From: Tubiluchus corallicola
Lineage: Eukaryota > Animalia > Priapulida
Assembly: GCA_030141605.1 (NCBI GenBank)
Contig: JAQGDQ010000075.1
Span: 620,001-684,000 of the forward strand
Length of the DNA stretch: 64,000 bases
Direction: 5' to 3'
Shown: in pieces, positions 41,395 through 55,779 of the stretch
Position numbering within the stretch: the first letter of the stretch is position 1
Layout of the letters: the number at the start of each line of letters is the position of its first letter
Notes under the pieces: model-generated
The model's input: the letters and a program-made list of their open reading frames with translations, nothing else
Databases searched by the model: none
What the model was told of the DNA's origin: nothing
Program-made: the position numbers and the translations under genes

Positions 41395-44300
41395 CAAGCC
41401 TTGTGGTCTGCTGTGCAGGCTGTATTTCGCAAACTCTTTCATTCAAATGGTCTAATTTTAATTTATCTCAAAAAATACGTTCTCTGCACATCAAATTTCT
41501 GTTATTAATCTCTTTTTCTTCCATGACAACACCAGTCATGTCATTTAAACTATGCACAACATTAAAAATTATATTTACGCAAGCTCTAAGTGGAAGGTGA
41601 TTGAGCAGCATGTCAGAGATAGTGATGTTGTGCCTATTACCAGTAAAACAAAATTTTAACTCAACTGTTTACTTGGACAGCTTTAGTTTAAGTAATTGCT
41701 ATGTTTCGTACACTGACTCAGTCGTTGCAAACATTCTATACAATGCCTAGGTAATTTACAAAATGGGTAGGAAAAGTTCGATTCAACGCGAATCATGTTT
41801 ATTTTACACGTTACCAAAGTCACTTTGTGCATTTATGTAAATTCTAGCTATTATACAAAACACCTATGTAAAGCTTGAAAAAGTTGAAGCAGGAAAGATT
41901 TATTTCACACTTTTCCCGAAGCGCACAGGTATTACGTGAAATACCCAGGAACTTTATAAATGTCTAAATTTTACACATTGCGGATAACACATATATAACG
42001 AATTTGAAATTTCTTCTTTTTTGTTCCGGAAATGACATTGATTGTATTACGAAATCGAGTTTGTTTAGTCGAAATTGAATTTGTTTATTCTGAAAATGAC
42101 ATTGATAATTACGAATAAGAAATTAATTATTCCGAATTTGATGTTGTAATGGTACATAGATGAGTTGGCATATTGCGCTATGTAGAGATACTATGTTAAA
42201 CAGAACCTATACGTGGAAATCTTTTAGTTGTTGCAGTTATTCCTCCAAAAAATAGATAACAAGAAAGGCAGGAACTAGCCGCCATACAAAGAGAGACAGA
42301 GCAGCGAAATATGGCAACGATAATAATAGCAACCGTAGTAACATTGTCGTCGTTATCATTTTCTTTTGCAACTCCAGGTGGTAAATCTGTTAGGAAGTTA
42401 CTTCTGTTCAGGTTAAGTTACACAGTTACCATGACGAAGCCACTTTTTGTTCCGGTGCAATCTGTTGAGTAAGAAACAGATACCCTAGTCTCACTGAATA
42501 AGCATCTAAATATACCATATGGAAATCATATTTTCAACGAAAAAAGGAGATTCTGCAAGAAGAAAGAACAAGAAACAAAAATCTGCGGATCTTAAGAAAA
42601 TAGCTGCAACGGTCTATGAGAATATTATACTTTTACTGAATACTAGCATTTTTCGTTGGCGTAGAAACAGACCGTTCAAAGTTTGTCATTGTTAGTCGGC
42701 AATAAATCTATGACTGTCACTGGCATTGTGACTATAACTAAATAGACGTGACACATAAATTTTGTATCTACGCATTCAGGCCGTCGCATATTATGAGATA
42801 AATGATGAAGAACATAGTGATAAGTGATAAATTTTAACATTAGTGCACACAAACCCATTTCTAAGTTCAGAAGTGAGTAACGCTTAAATACAGGATAAAA
42901 ATATTCAAAAATATAGAAAAACAATTGCATATACATGCGAGCATTAAGTTTAATTTCACATCGCAACAATCACTTTGGCACTCACTGAAAGCTTTTATGT
43001 GATAAACAGAGAAAATTACAAATTTCTATCCAGTTAATCGTTTGTCCAAATTAAATTTTCAAGATCCAATATTCCTGTCTATATGCGTTGTCTATTGTCA
43101 TTCTTGAGAAACACAATTCTGATTAAATTTTCTCAGATTGAACGTTTGTGATTTTTTTTACAGTATGGTAAGGTTTTGTTGTTTTCTGATAATACACGCT
43201 TTGTCGACTTATGAATATTTAATTTTGTTATAAATATGTTATATTTTTAAAAATTGTTTTGAAAATTAATTTACGCAAAAGGTTTCTGCATAAATGGTTT
43301 CTGAAGAGGAGAAACAACTCTTTGCCAATGATAGTAACACTGTTGTGTTATAGTTATAGAGGTCCTTAGATTATCTTATTTCTAGCGGATTGCAAAACGT
43401 GAATGACTACTACATAGTTTTACATAGTAAAAAGTTCGAGTTTTTATTTATTTTTACCATTTTTCGTCGTTATTGAGCCACCGGATTATTAACGGATGTT
43501 CGTTGACGTTTAATTCCTGAATTCTCATTGGAACACCTTTTAGAGGACTTTAATCAAACCACTACGAATTACTAACTCAAAACTCAATCCCTCTCACAGC
43601 CCATTTAACAAAGACTTTCTACATTCAGCAAGGCGCGGAGGATTACGCAACAATTAGAATTTTAGTTCATTTCTAGCAGTTGTTATATAGATTTCAAAAG
43701 AACATTGTAAATATCTGCCGTTACGTATTTTTAGCGTTTTAATTGCTTTTCCCACTTCGCGAAACAGTTACTTCTACTAGGCACTACATGTTCTCTTCAT
43801 GATGTGCACTTGTGAGGAGGGGGGGGGGGGAGTAGGCTAGTCGTCATTTGATGACTTTGTTTTATTTACTTTTTCGTCATCATATCTAGATACGGTTTAA
43901 ACACGTTCACCATTTAGCCTTTGATATACAGAACTATTATTTCATCTATCGACTTACGTGTGTTGATTCGTGCCAAAAGCAGCAGTATTGTAATTGGCAA
44001 AGCAAACCATTTTTACAGAGCGGAAATATTCGCCAAGTTTCGTTTCTACAACAAAGGACTCAGATCAATGGATGAAACAAAAACTACAGTTCCGCAAAAT
44101 AAACTTATGTTTTTCATAAAGCCATTTGATTTGAATTCTTCTTGACTTCTTCTCGCTTTTGTGTTAATTCGGGGAATTTGCAAGCGGATCGTAAGCTATG
44201 TCTAGATGATCAAACTTACTGTTTGAACTTTGAATTGCTATAACTCTGTGTTACAATGCAAATTCATTCTACACGATAATTGCTTCGTTTGAATTAAGGA

Positions 44301-46132
44301 TTAAGTGAATCGTCGAAAAAAACATTTTTAAAACCAGTTTTGTAGCGGAAAGGAAAAAATGTGCATAAATTTGGAACTCAGCCATCGACTTATATATGTA
44401 TAAATGTTGCAATTTTGCTTTAACCACATTACAACCTGATTGCTTACGCTATTAACGTTTTTACGATCTCATTCTGTATTATATGAATAAAATTTAAAAA
44501 ATCATATTTAATTAATATAATTAAACGATCCAAATAGTTTTGCAAAATTAATTATGAAAATTAGTGATAAAAACTAATCAGAAATAGCATAAGAATTTTG
44601 TAATTCTCATTATAAGCTTTTTCAATGGTCTGTTAAGGCGGTTAAAATAGAACGAAACTCACAGTTAAAACTTCAAACAACATAATGTCAGGAACCGTCT
44701 GTTATTTTTATGTAAGCTGGTGTGCCACGCATATTACCGTAATTTGCCCAGCTGTGGCAGAACAAAAATGATTAGAAGAAACTTAATACTGGTACTTCAT
44801 TATTTAAAGACTGTGACTTCATTTTTGCGCAGTTTCACCAGTGCAAGCCAAGATCTAACAATTAACGAATCTTCAAAGAATTGCTTCATTAATTATTCAT
44901 AAACGTGAAGTAAAATTGTAGTAAAATATAATTGTGCTCGCACTTCAATAAATTTGATTCCATAGTGCTTTTTTAAGCCAACAGTCTGACTCAGTCAAAC
45001 AATTAAAAGAAAACAAAAGATTGATTTGAGGAAATTTTTATTCTCTTGTTCTACCGACGTTACAATACCCATCACAGATGTACAAGTGACGCCGAGTCTG
45101 TGTACAATAAGTAGAAATACTGTAAAACTCTTAACGTATCATTTGCTTATGATTTAAAATTTTGCTTGAACGTTTTTACCAAATCGCCTAGTCTATCATG
45201 GTCTCGTTTGTAAACTACAATAAAAGTCAATCTAATCAAGCTTACGGCAATATTACACACAGTGTGCACTTTCAAATTCAATTTGCTAGTCAGCTATAAT
45301 TTATTTACAATACCTTCTCGAGCTCCTTAAAGGATAAACAGAATTATATATCATTTGAGAAGTAATGATGGAGAAAGCACAATAGTTTAAGATTAACTTT
45401 TGTTACATCACGGAAATTGGCAACTAAATGTCAAACCGAGTTCCCTCAGCTTTGTGTACATTACAAAGTCGCTTAGGGAAAATTGTTGCGTGGTCTAAAA
45501 TGGCAACTTTTTGTTTTGTTTGTAGTTTAAGATCTTCTGAGCTTTCCCTGCATGATACGAGTAGACTACACTTTTAGGACTGTAGATACCTAATAAAAGT
45601 ACTAGATACTGTAAAATTGATCTGACAATTTGCAAAACGTTCGTGCTTTGTTTGAATGATAAATTACGCCATTAATCAGACGGACTTTAGTATGGAACAG
45701 AAAATTTAACTTAACAATACTGCTGTGCAACGACAACGTGTACTGGCAGAGGTTTAACAATGTGTTAAGGTCTTACTGCTGTATTCAAAGATGAAAATCT
45801 AATTACATCTTGATGAAGTACAATTATAGATAAGTAAGTTATTAAATTACATTTGCGTTCATAATATATTATGTGGAAAGGAAAAGTGGAAATTTGGCAC
45901 ATAGATTCAGCTATAATATTAGCATGTTTCAAGAGTAACGTAGTATCCGGAATTTGATTTATGGACAAAATATGCAAATTAACTTTGTGATAAAGAATAT
46001 AGTACAGACCAGATTTCTGAATAAATAGACATATTTAATCACCAGCGGTTATTTAATGAGCAAATTTAACGAAAAAAAAGTTGCATTCAGGTTAAATCGC
46101 ATTGTTTGACATCTAACAGACGAGCTAGCTAA

Positions 46133-46207
46133 GGACCTGTTTGAACGGTGCGTTTTTGACGCAAGCGTCTGACTCATGCGTCAAAAACACACAGTGTAAA
46201 TAGGCCC
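46133..46207. mobile_element. 75-bp PIF/Harbinger (Tourist-like) MITE
   Basis: TAA target duplication at 46130-46132 and 46208-46210; about 31-bp imperfect TIRs GGACCTGTTTGAACGGTGCGTTTTTGACGCA / TGCGTCAAAAACACACAGTGTAAATAGGCCC. Confidence 0.7.
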
Positions 46208-47209
46208 TAACAGTAGTCGATAATATTGAGGCATATTTTTGCATCTACTTGTGCGTGAAACTAAGATTACCATGTTGCAATACAGGTATATGGTTCTTCA
46301 GTACAGAATCTAACAAGGTTCTTAAATTAAATTAACAGACGAAAGCAACAGTTTTGACCCATACAAATTACAGCTGTGACTTATAAAATTAATTGTGGAC
46401 AATATGAAGAATGTTATAGGGCCTATGTCTACATTAATTATGTAAACGTAAACAACCAGATTATAAATAATGTACGGTAAATTACCTTTAATATTCGCGG
46501 GCTAAAGCCGGATGTCGGACAGATGAACGATGGTTTCTTATATTTAGTTACAAGGTGTGCAAATTCCTGCTTGCCATAGGAGTTATTTTTCTTAGAATCG
46601 CTATTGTGATTCTATACAGTCAAACTCTTGCCAAACGCAACAAAATGTTGAGACATGTTGTGAACTAAAGCAGACTGACATAATTCTGAACAGAATTTGA
46701 AAGGACTAAAATCTCACTCTGCAAAAACTGAAAACTCCCAAATTTACAAATTTCGCATTTTCTGTTCAATATGCTATCAAGGGAATAAGACATAGAAACC
46801 AAGGCATAACTACAGGATCGACATTAAGAAACATAAAGCACGCAAAGGCAAACAAATATCATAATAATAATTATTACAAGTGATGCATGGAAGATTATTG
46901 ATTGGTTAGCAGCTTTTTTTGTATAAAATATTTATTACAAAAAATAAATTGCCTTATCCGTAGCTAATTAATTAAATTCTATTATACACTATGCATTATT
47001 CTTCAATTCCACCATGTCACCAAGTAGATGATCCTGCAAGATGTCTACAATTATTATTCCTGAATGCGAAACTTCGATGTGGTAATAATGCAATCGTACA
47101 CTTCTCCCTTAATGACGCAGTGGATAATTTAGTAATGGAATAGAAACAGTCCCAAAAGGTGAGCAATGTGCGCAATATGTCAGAGCCGGGTAATTCCCAC
47201 AGATACTGT

Positions 47210-48932
47210 TCACTTCCGTCGACCAAAACAAGAAATTGGGTGAAGCTGCAAAAGAAATAATAAATGTTCTGTATAGATAGGCACGTACGATTATAGATAA
47301 GTACAAAATCTAGCTTAATTCGTTAATTCATTAATTCATTCATTCGTCCATCCATCCATCCATCCATCCATCCATCCATCCATCCATCCATCCATCCATC
47401 CATCCATCCATCCAGTCATTCATTCATTCATTTTTATTTTGTTATTAAGTCAGCCAGTTGGTTGGCAAGTTAGCTGGTTATTGGGACAGTCAGTCAATCA
47501 GTCAGTCCGTCATTTATTTATTTGCCTTTTTCCTATTGTTTCTATCTTGCTTCGTTTCTTCTTCTGCATTATGTCCCTCCTTCCACACTTCCTAACCGGT
47601 TCTCACATCTTCCTTATGTCCTTCCCTAGTTCGTTTCTTTCTTGTGTCTTTTTTTCTTATTCTCTTCTCTTCCCTCTGCTCTACCTTCAGCACCGTAAGA
47701 CATTTCCTTTCCTTCCTCCCTCTTTTTGTACATTTTTCTATCTGCTCCAATTGTTTACTTATTTTTTGTATTCCGTTTACTCTGTCGATTTAAGCTGAAA
47801 GTGAGTAAATCGTTTGATAGTTTTAGAGCTTCGCATTTCAGAGAACATTAAAACAACTGGCAAACAGAGGCTCCTTTGGTTATCCGAGTGATTCGCATCT
47901 GGTAAGGCTAAGCCTGTGACCTGAAATAAATAATGCAAAAAAGGACGGCCTGGCGACCAGCAGACGATCAAGTAGACAATTATGCTTGCCTCCATTTTGA
48001 ATCGAAAATGGCGGATGCGACTCAGATACAGATTTCATTTTAGCATATTTCTATGACGATCCATCGCGAATTAGCAGAGCGTTAGATTTTCTCGAAAATT
48101 ATGTTATTTTGAATTCAAAATGGTGGATCGAAAATCCGATTCCGCCAGTCGATGCGAAATTCCTGCTAGTATGTTCGTGTTAAGTTTCATGACGACCCAT
48201 TGTAAATCCACGGCATTTTGAAAATAGTCGCCCCAGCAACAATGACAACAACAACAACAAGTTTCAGATGAGGAGCGGTTTGAGTCGAGCCTCAACCAAA
48301 AGCTGAATTTTTAAGTAGCTTTTCTGCATCTAGGAATGTGCAATTTCAAGAATATAAAAAGTAATACTTCGGGCAAACTACGAATTTAAAGAAAGGTCCC
48401 CAGAGCATAAACCTAGTATATTAAACTCGACAGTTAGCTCTTGACAACTACCCTGCAACAAATCTGTGACTTGTCCGTCACGCAATGTAGGCAGGCAATT
48501 TTTCGTACAAACTGACTTAAGTTTTAATCAGTGTTATTATCACTTTACATGGTCATCCAGCCACCGCAAATTCACTAACCTCTAAAATAAAGGCAACATG
48601 TAAAGAACCCATGGTCGTACCTTTTTATTCTTAGTCTTTGTATGTTTTGTAATTATTGCATTTGACCCTCTGTGTGTGACATAAATCGTCTATGTCTGTG
48701 TCTATGGTTAAGACCGTTATGCAGCTTAGTTATATAAAATTTCTATCAGAATAAAGGTCTGAGCGTTATACATTTAAGTTATTGACTGTTAAAGTTAAAA
48801 GACTTTTACCTGACATTTTCTGAAATAATCTCGCTTCTCCGCTAGCGGTTGTACATCTCGTCCTCCTTCCACTGCTCTCATAATAGCATTGTCTATGAGC
48901 ATGTTCAACAATCGGTACTGATCTGCACTTTC
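47210..48932 (-). CDS. AstC: Allatostatin-C / somatostatin-family neuropeptide precursor, 5'-partial; exons 48932-48810 and 47245-47210
   Basis: [41 protein letters not shown]|[11 protein letters not shown]. Dibasic KR site, C-x6-C ring ending PISCF (hallmark of AST-C), amidation signal G-RRK, then stop. Splice sites ATGTAG|, CAG|GTAAAA and TTTTGCAG|, phase 0. Confidence 0.85.
47330..47430. repeat. (CATC)n/(CATT)n microsatellite in the AstC intron
   Basis: Visible. Confidence 0.95.
47985..48302 (+). mobile_element. Dispersed repeat, Helentron/DINE-like, copy 1
   Basis: Shares TTCATGACGA.CCATTG.AAAT and CCCCA..AACAA(CAA)n plus a GC-rich 3' segment and A-run with the copy at 58950, and parts with the copy at 55245. 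Confidence 0.5.
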
Positions 48933-51900
48933 CTACATAAAAATATAAAATTGTTAAATAATCTGAGGCAAGCGGAATACATTAATAAATACGTGTAGCT
49001 AATTTTAATGTTCTTACAACGTAAAAGAATAATAACTATAGTCGATAATCTTAGTGTAATGGTTGATATATTTGACTAGAATCAGAAAGTTCTGGGAATT
49101 TTCTCTATCGCCCTACATTTGGAATATATATCGCCCTGTCAGAATACAATACAGTCGTAGGTTCTGCAAATCTATGAATGTAATATGAATTATTGTTGTA
49201 CTGTAGAACTATCTTATGGCAAATTTAATTAATGTAAGCCTAATCATGTAAATAGATTCACTATCTTCCATAATATGATTTTTATTTTGCATATCTTCAT
49301 TACTAAAGTATTAATTAATTTGTCCAAGTCCTTCTGTCTTCATGAGGATTTAAAAACGTGATTGTTACTTCGTTCATTGGGAGGGAATAATTGTGTGGGG
49401 TCGGGTTGTCTTTGGTGAACAAAGTTAAATAACACATACCAAGCTTGGTCTGTACGTAGGTGGGTGATAGCTAGGCAAACTGCTGCTCGGCTGCTTCACC
49501 TGTCATACTGCTATCAGCAATTTATGTACTAAAGGGAATATGCACACTACGGAATATTAGGAATCTGACCCTATCCAACCAAGCCCAGATTGGGCGTGGG
49601 TTTTCGGCTAACTTCGTTGGCGATCGTAGCGGTGTCATTAATAATTAGCTAGATACCAGTCCCGCCACAGTCATTTACTTTAAGTAGGCCCTATACTTGA
49701 GTGTTGATCTGGGCTTGCAGAGTGATGAACTGTAGGGCTATAATATGGAAGGAATTTATATTGTAACGAACCCTTTCCCTAGGGAAATGCAGGTATCTGT
49801 GACATCATTTCCCTTTATAGCAAATGGCTTGTACCTGACGAAGCCTGTGCATATTTTAGGCCCTATTTAGTCTGCTTTACACTAAACTCATTGGTTCAGT
49901 TCTTAGTTCCCTGTCATACAGCACGCAAGAAAGGACTTCTGGGAAATTATTACCCGTTAATTTCCGGTTATGTCGTTCTTTTGATGGTGTTGGGCACGTA
50001 AGCTCAGTACAGTAAGAGACCATTCTGACAATAAAAACTAGCAAAGTGTTTAGCAGTTATTAAATGAAGTATATAAATATAATATTAAACATCTACTGAA
50101 AAAAATGAATGATTTAATGAAAAACGAGTAAAAGATATACGCACGAACTGATGCCTATGAACTAAATAAGAATGTATCATATAAATGAACAATCGCAGAA
50201 AAAAGATTTTACCGTTATTGGTGACAAATTGGTTTTTTGACACTTGTTCTATTGCATTATCATTTGCATAAAGAAGAAAGAGATAAATAGACAGAGGAGA
50301 AAGAGAGAAAGAAAGCATTAAAATGAAAACATTTTATAAAATGTCGTATAAACCATGTAGTATTTGTACTAAGAGCTGCATAATTTCATTTTTCATGTTA
50401 TTATAAATTGTTCACTCTGTTGTAAAAAGTTACAAACGCATAATTGGTTGATCGACCGGGTCGCGAATGAGATAAAAAAGTGTCGTTGTTACATGATGCT
50501 TACATGCGATCTTACCTAGGAGTTGGTCAAGCATTAGTTGAAAGTGTGGCTAAGCGTTGCAGAGTACTCATGGGATAGCAGGGGTTAACCGTAAAACGAA
50601 ACGTTCGCACAAATATAGTTGACAGGATTCGGGAGTTGGCGTTTTATTTCCAAGAACGTTTTTCATACACCAAATGGCAGCTTTTACGATGTTAATAACA
50701 GCAATCATTCAAATTGCCATAGATGGAAAAGTGTAAGGTTTAACTCCTTTGTGGGCTTCTGCCACGTGATGTGGCAAAAGAACAGAAACCTGATGCTGAT
50801 TGATAGTGACAAATCATAGGTTTTATTCGACTTAATCTGCCGATATCACTGACAGTTGCGTTATTTTAAACCTCGCACCTTTTATCCCTTAAACGTCAGA
50901 CCATGGAAGTAGGTGTATTTGGAAACAAAAATGCAACGTTATATATACAATTGCATAGTGGCTAAGTGACAAATTTTTATGAGAAATGTTCTTTACATAA
51001 ACAAACAGGAATAAAGACCGTAAAATGTAAAATTATCATAGAGAAGTTTGATTTGCCTGGGTAATTAATCAACCCAATGGAGAATAATTCGCGAATTTTG
51101 TAATTTTTACTCGTGCTTAAAAAACTTTGTGCATGTAAGGTGTTAAAAAGTAACGCTAAATCGAATAAACCACTAAATGGAGTTTCTTAGCTTCCGAGGT
51201 TATTATGCGCAAAAAGTGAAGCTTACGATGACTATATATGTAGATTTTTGTTACAAGCAAAAAAAAGGCTAAAAGATAACAGAGATCAGAAACCATTTAC
51301 AATGCAAAATGGCTGATGACTACAGAGCTAATATTTTCAAAAAAAAGATCTTCAAGATCAATAAAAAAATTAAAATCATTTAGTACTCTTGAAGTATTCG
51401 GAAGTGAAAACCGAGTTTGTCCACACAACAAGTATTAATTCCCACTTAGTATTAACTAACGCCGTTAATTGCCCCGCAAAATAACCAATCGCAACAAGAA
51501 GTACAATGATGTTGAAAACTGGTGAGCTAAGGATATCTGGCGTCCTGAAAGCATATACACACGAACTTCCAAGAAGGTGACCAGAAATACTAATACAAAT
51601 AAACGAACTAAATAAATTCAGGATAAATCCGTTCTATTGCACATTAAGATAAATCCATTGTGTTGTACCTAAGCCTAATGTGGAGAAAAGGCTTTGGGAG
51701 TTGTGAACAGAAAAAAAGTGAGAAACTGCTCCCTATTTTGGTATATTCGTTTTAGTTATCATATTTCCTTTTTTTTCATGTCGTGACTTAATGCTCTATA
51801 TAGGTCTTTTGCTCTGTGGCTGTGGCAAACGATGACTATACATGCCACACCAAGTACTGAAGGACTACTCATACACAAATTAGGCTTTGTAAATACTTCT

Positions 51901-52180
51901 TTATGTCTATGCTTAGACGAGGAACAAAATGTCGAGCACTTGAGGTACAGACTCATGTTAACTGATGATACTATCACGCAGCAGTTTTTAGTAAGGTTAG
52001 ACCGAAAAAATTTGAGTAATATAGACGTAGAAAAAAGGTCGAGGACTTAAAGACTTATTTCGTTAGTTTCGCAATATTATGCGCAGTATTTATATTAACT
52101 AAACAAATAGCTAGAAAAGTAATGGGCTTGTATATATTTAAAAATTTGTTGTAAATATGTTGGCTTGCAAGTAGAGGCGG

Positions 52181-52214
<34 letters not shown>

Positions 52215-53049
52215 TATATTATATTATAAAAATAAAGATTTATTATCATCGTCATCATCATAATATAAATATGAATAGATGAACTATGAATATTCAAAAT
52301 TAATTTATTAATATTAAAAAGTGATTTTTGAATATTTAAACTGTTATTCATAAATGATTTATTACTATTAGAAATTCCACTTTGGCGTTCTATATGTTCC
52401 ATTACCCTCAAACAAAGTGCAGTAGTTATATAACATATTTACTGTATGTAGCATTCGAAAGGCAATATTTTCTACATCTCAAGACGCTGATGATCTTTTC
52501 ACATCATTAGAAATGTGGATGATATTGGGCAAGTCAGATAATATAATAAGTGGGTTTTTAAAACAATAAGAATTCAAGCTTAGTAGCAAGAAGACAATTT
52601 AATATCGCATTCAGCATGGAGGTGACGAAACTTTAAAAAATGTAAATATCTGGGCAGGTTGTTGTGACATTCTGCGGGGTATAATATTAAAGGATAAATT
52701 GATTTGTCAGGAATACAGGGCAAACGTTTTCTTTTATCTAAACTGAACACACCACAGTGCATCACGTTTGGGTAAAAGTAATAAAGAGAAAAATTATTAA
52801 GCTTTTCCACACTAATCTCTCAACGCATGGTCTTTTATCCAAAATTACACGAAGGTCCTAGTAGTTTGGTTAAAACCGGGACGCACGCGTTCTTCGTGCT
52901 ATTTTCAATGTATTTAGAAATTCAAGAATGAACAGCTGGCAAAGAAGCGTAATTGCTTTTTTATAAAAACCACAAATTATTCAATAGCAAACTTAACGAA
53001 TAAATCAATAGTCACTTCCACATATACGTGTGACAAAACTCAAATCACC

Positions 53050-54200
53050 CCAAATCTAGGTTAATGAAAGGTGAGGTAGAGATATTTGCCAGCGTGTGGA
53101 TCCAGTAGACAGTCCAGTGGACTTAGAGAATGCACCTCAGCACGTTGAGCGACCACGGACCCAGTCGTCGCGTATATATCTGCACAGAAACTGCTTGTAG
53201 CGGCTCACAACTTTGCTGATCCTCCCGCAAACGTGAATTTGACAGGAACTACTATCCCAAAACTTCAAGCGACTCCGTAAACTCGTGTTTTCCAGGATTC
53301 GTCAAAGTTGCACAAGAAAGCGAGAAAACTCTTCGCTTCAACAATACACCTGGAACCCATTGAGCATTCTCACCCAATCCGATTCTGTTAACCCGGATGC
53401 CTGCACTCCACCAGTCCCACTAGCAACCGATGTGGACTCCGCATCCATTCCAAACAAGCCACACAATATGAAGCTCCACGGCTACTTTTAATGCTGCGAA
53501 AGAACCATCTTGGACTTCTCTCAAAGAAATAGAGAACGTAAACTAAAAATCACTTGTTTGGGATGGCAGTTATCAAGGAACTGTTTCGCTGCTCCTCTCG
53601 ATCCAACAGATTACAGGATCACCAAAATCTGCTGCAAAATGTCTTTCCTCTATAGCAGCATAACCTGTAACGTCAGCAACAAGGAAATCATGGCTCAATG
53701 AATCCCCGAGGCGCGAAGATTTACCTGTGGATAACCACTGAAGTCGTGTTAAGGAAGATTGCTATCAAAAACGGGAAGGAGAGAGGTACTGAAGGATGGG
53801 CACAGACCCAACCCCATCACACAACAAAAGTGAACATTTTATTATTAAAGCCATTAATTAAAATGGTGTACAAATGAACTCCTGAACTCCGGACGAGGCC
53901 GACTGTGACGCCACAGTTGTTAAACATTGATGCTAACAGCGCAGGAAGATTCTGTGACACTGGCCGCCTTATTCAAATCTCACTTACGTTTTTTTGAAAA
54001 CTCCTGTAGGCAAACTTCTACTTCCTGTCTACATCAGCTGAAGCTGTATGCAGAACGATGAACACTAAAAGTTAAGCAGCAAAGGAAACAGAATCTTTCC
54101 ACAGAATCTTTCCACAGAATTGGATATCAAATGGCCTGATGAACTATCCAATACGTATAGAAAGAATTGGAAAGGCAAAACAAAATCTGAAGACTGCATC
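53050..54200 (+). mobile_element. Decayed RTE-like LINE remnant
   Basis: Higher GC; fragments such as GWQLSRNCFAAPL (QG..SP-like) and LDIKWPDELSN (I.WPD.ISN-like); many stops and frameshifts. Confidence 0.35.
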
Positions 54201-54330
54201 ACTTTAAATGTGCTCGAGGAATCTCAGATTTACTTACTATACTTGTCTTACTTGAACCAACACAATGCCCAAAAATGATCAACTACTGACTTATACTGAC
54301 ATACTATCGACTCGCCGCCTTTCAATGTAA

Positions 54331-54400
54331 GTGCAACAATACATGTGCAACAATACATGTGCAATAGTGCATGTGCAACAATACATGTGCAACAATACAT
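54331..54400. repeat. 14-bp tandem repeat GTGCAACAATACAT, about five copies
   Basis: Visible. Confidence 0.85.
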
Positions 54401-55244
54401 GAGCAAAAATGTGAGAACAATCATCATACAGTTGCCGAGAAATAGTAAAAACTGTCCCAAAGTACGTCATTCAAGCAATCTATCGCGGACATTCTCATTG
54501 CTTAACTGCCTTGTGCCACGTGCTACTTGAAGTTCTCCAAGTTCGAAAAAGCCTTTCAGCGATAAATTGAAGGTCTTCGTAAGTGCCCAAAGCCGCGCCA
54601 ACATTATTATACCGCCATGCGCATTTAAGTTGTTTACCGCTTTTCCGGACGAAATGGCCAATCGTTGTGTTATAGCAATGCTATCATTTTGTAATGAAAT
54701 TGCCTGTTATCATGCACAAAGTCTATGGGCGATCATTGACAATTTTAACTGAGATTTCCAAGAAGATTGCAATATCCGCTTACCTTCACGTTTTCACGTT
54801 TTTGCGCCTAGGATATTACATACGCGTATAATGATCACGCTTATCCAATCATGTATATTACCCACAGAGGAAAAAACTAAAATAAACTGCCTGAACAAAA
54901 CAGAGAAGTTATGGCCATTCAAGACCCTAGTCAAGATAACCAACTTGACTTATACCAAAGACCTAAAATCTCATTTGTACATTTTTATTACAAAAAGTTT
55001 ACTGGCGCTGTGTTGCTAACCACCAATAACTTCTAACGTCGCTTTTACACGCTGTCAGAATTTCAGATATGTACACAGGATAAACATTACACAATGGTAA
55101 AGAAACAAAAAAATTAAAAACAATTCAAACGTGAATGAAATATATCAAATGTGTCTTCTACACGTAAAATTAAACGTCGTTAAGTTTTTTTATGTTAAAG
55201 GCAAAGAAACCAAGTTCCATTCGAACTATTGGTCGAGGGGTACG

Positions 55245-55590
55245 CTTGAGCTCAAGATTGTGGATTAGAAATAGAAATGACATCAATGCCGCCATGAATT
55301 TAAGATGGCAAATCAAAAGTCAAACTCTGTCAATCAGTGCATAATTCACTGTAGTATATTCCTAAAAATTTCCATGATCGAATTGGTAATGCCTTAGGCG
55401 TTTCTTCAAAAATGATATTATTGCTGACCTTGAACTCAGAAGGGCGGATCAGTTTATGGATAATTCGTTTTAGTATATTCGTTGTAACGTTTCGTGACAA
55501 TCCTATTCAAATTCGCGGAGCCTTAAGCTTTTTTTAAAAAGCCATCCCCAACAATAAGCACAACAACATCCACACGAATAACAATTTAGC
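55245..55590 (+). mobile_element. Dispersed repeat, Helentron/DINE-like, copy 2
   Basis: CTCAAGAT.GTGGATTAGAAAT...TGAATTTAAGATGG...AAAAAG.CATCCCCAA.AA shared with 58950-59205. Confidence 0.6.
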
Positions 55591-55779
55591 TAACAGTTCG
55601 CTGGATTTTTATATTTAATATACTAATTTTTTTAGCTAAATTTTGTAACATATCCTGTCGCTATATTTCTCTGTTAAAAATGTGTGTATAGTTTGTAACA
55701 CTGTTTTATTTGATACAACTAAATTATGAATTATGAATTATATTTCACCAAGAGCAATGGGAGTGGATGATTGGTTGCG

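Noticed and set aside
48810-48932. Alternative frame [15 protein letters not shown]... as a sushi-like exon
   Set aside because: No convincing continuation; the phase-0 frame yields a complete KR-...PISCF-GRRK neuropeptide.
49762-49920. Solo LTR (TGTAACG...CATACA)
   Set aside because: No target-site duplication, primer site or second copy visible.
54784-54807. 24-nt phase-0 micro-exon AQKRENVK as an upstream AstC exon
   Set aside because: Strong donor (AAG|GTAAGC) but weak acceptor and too short to tell from chance without transcripts.
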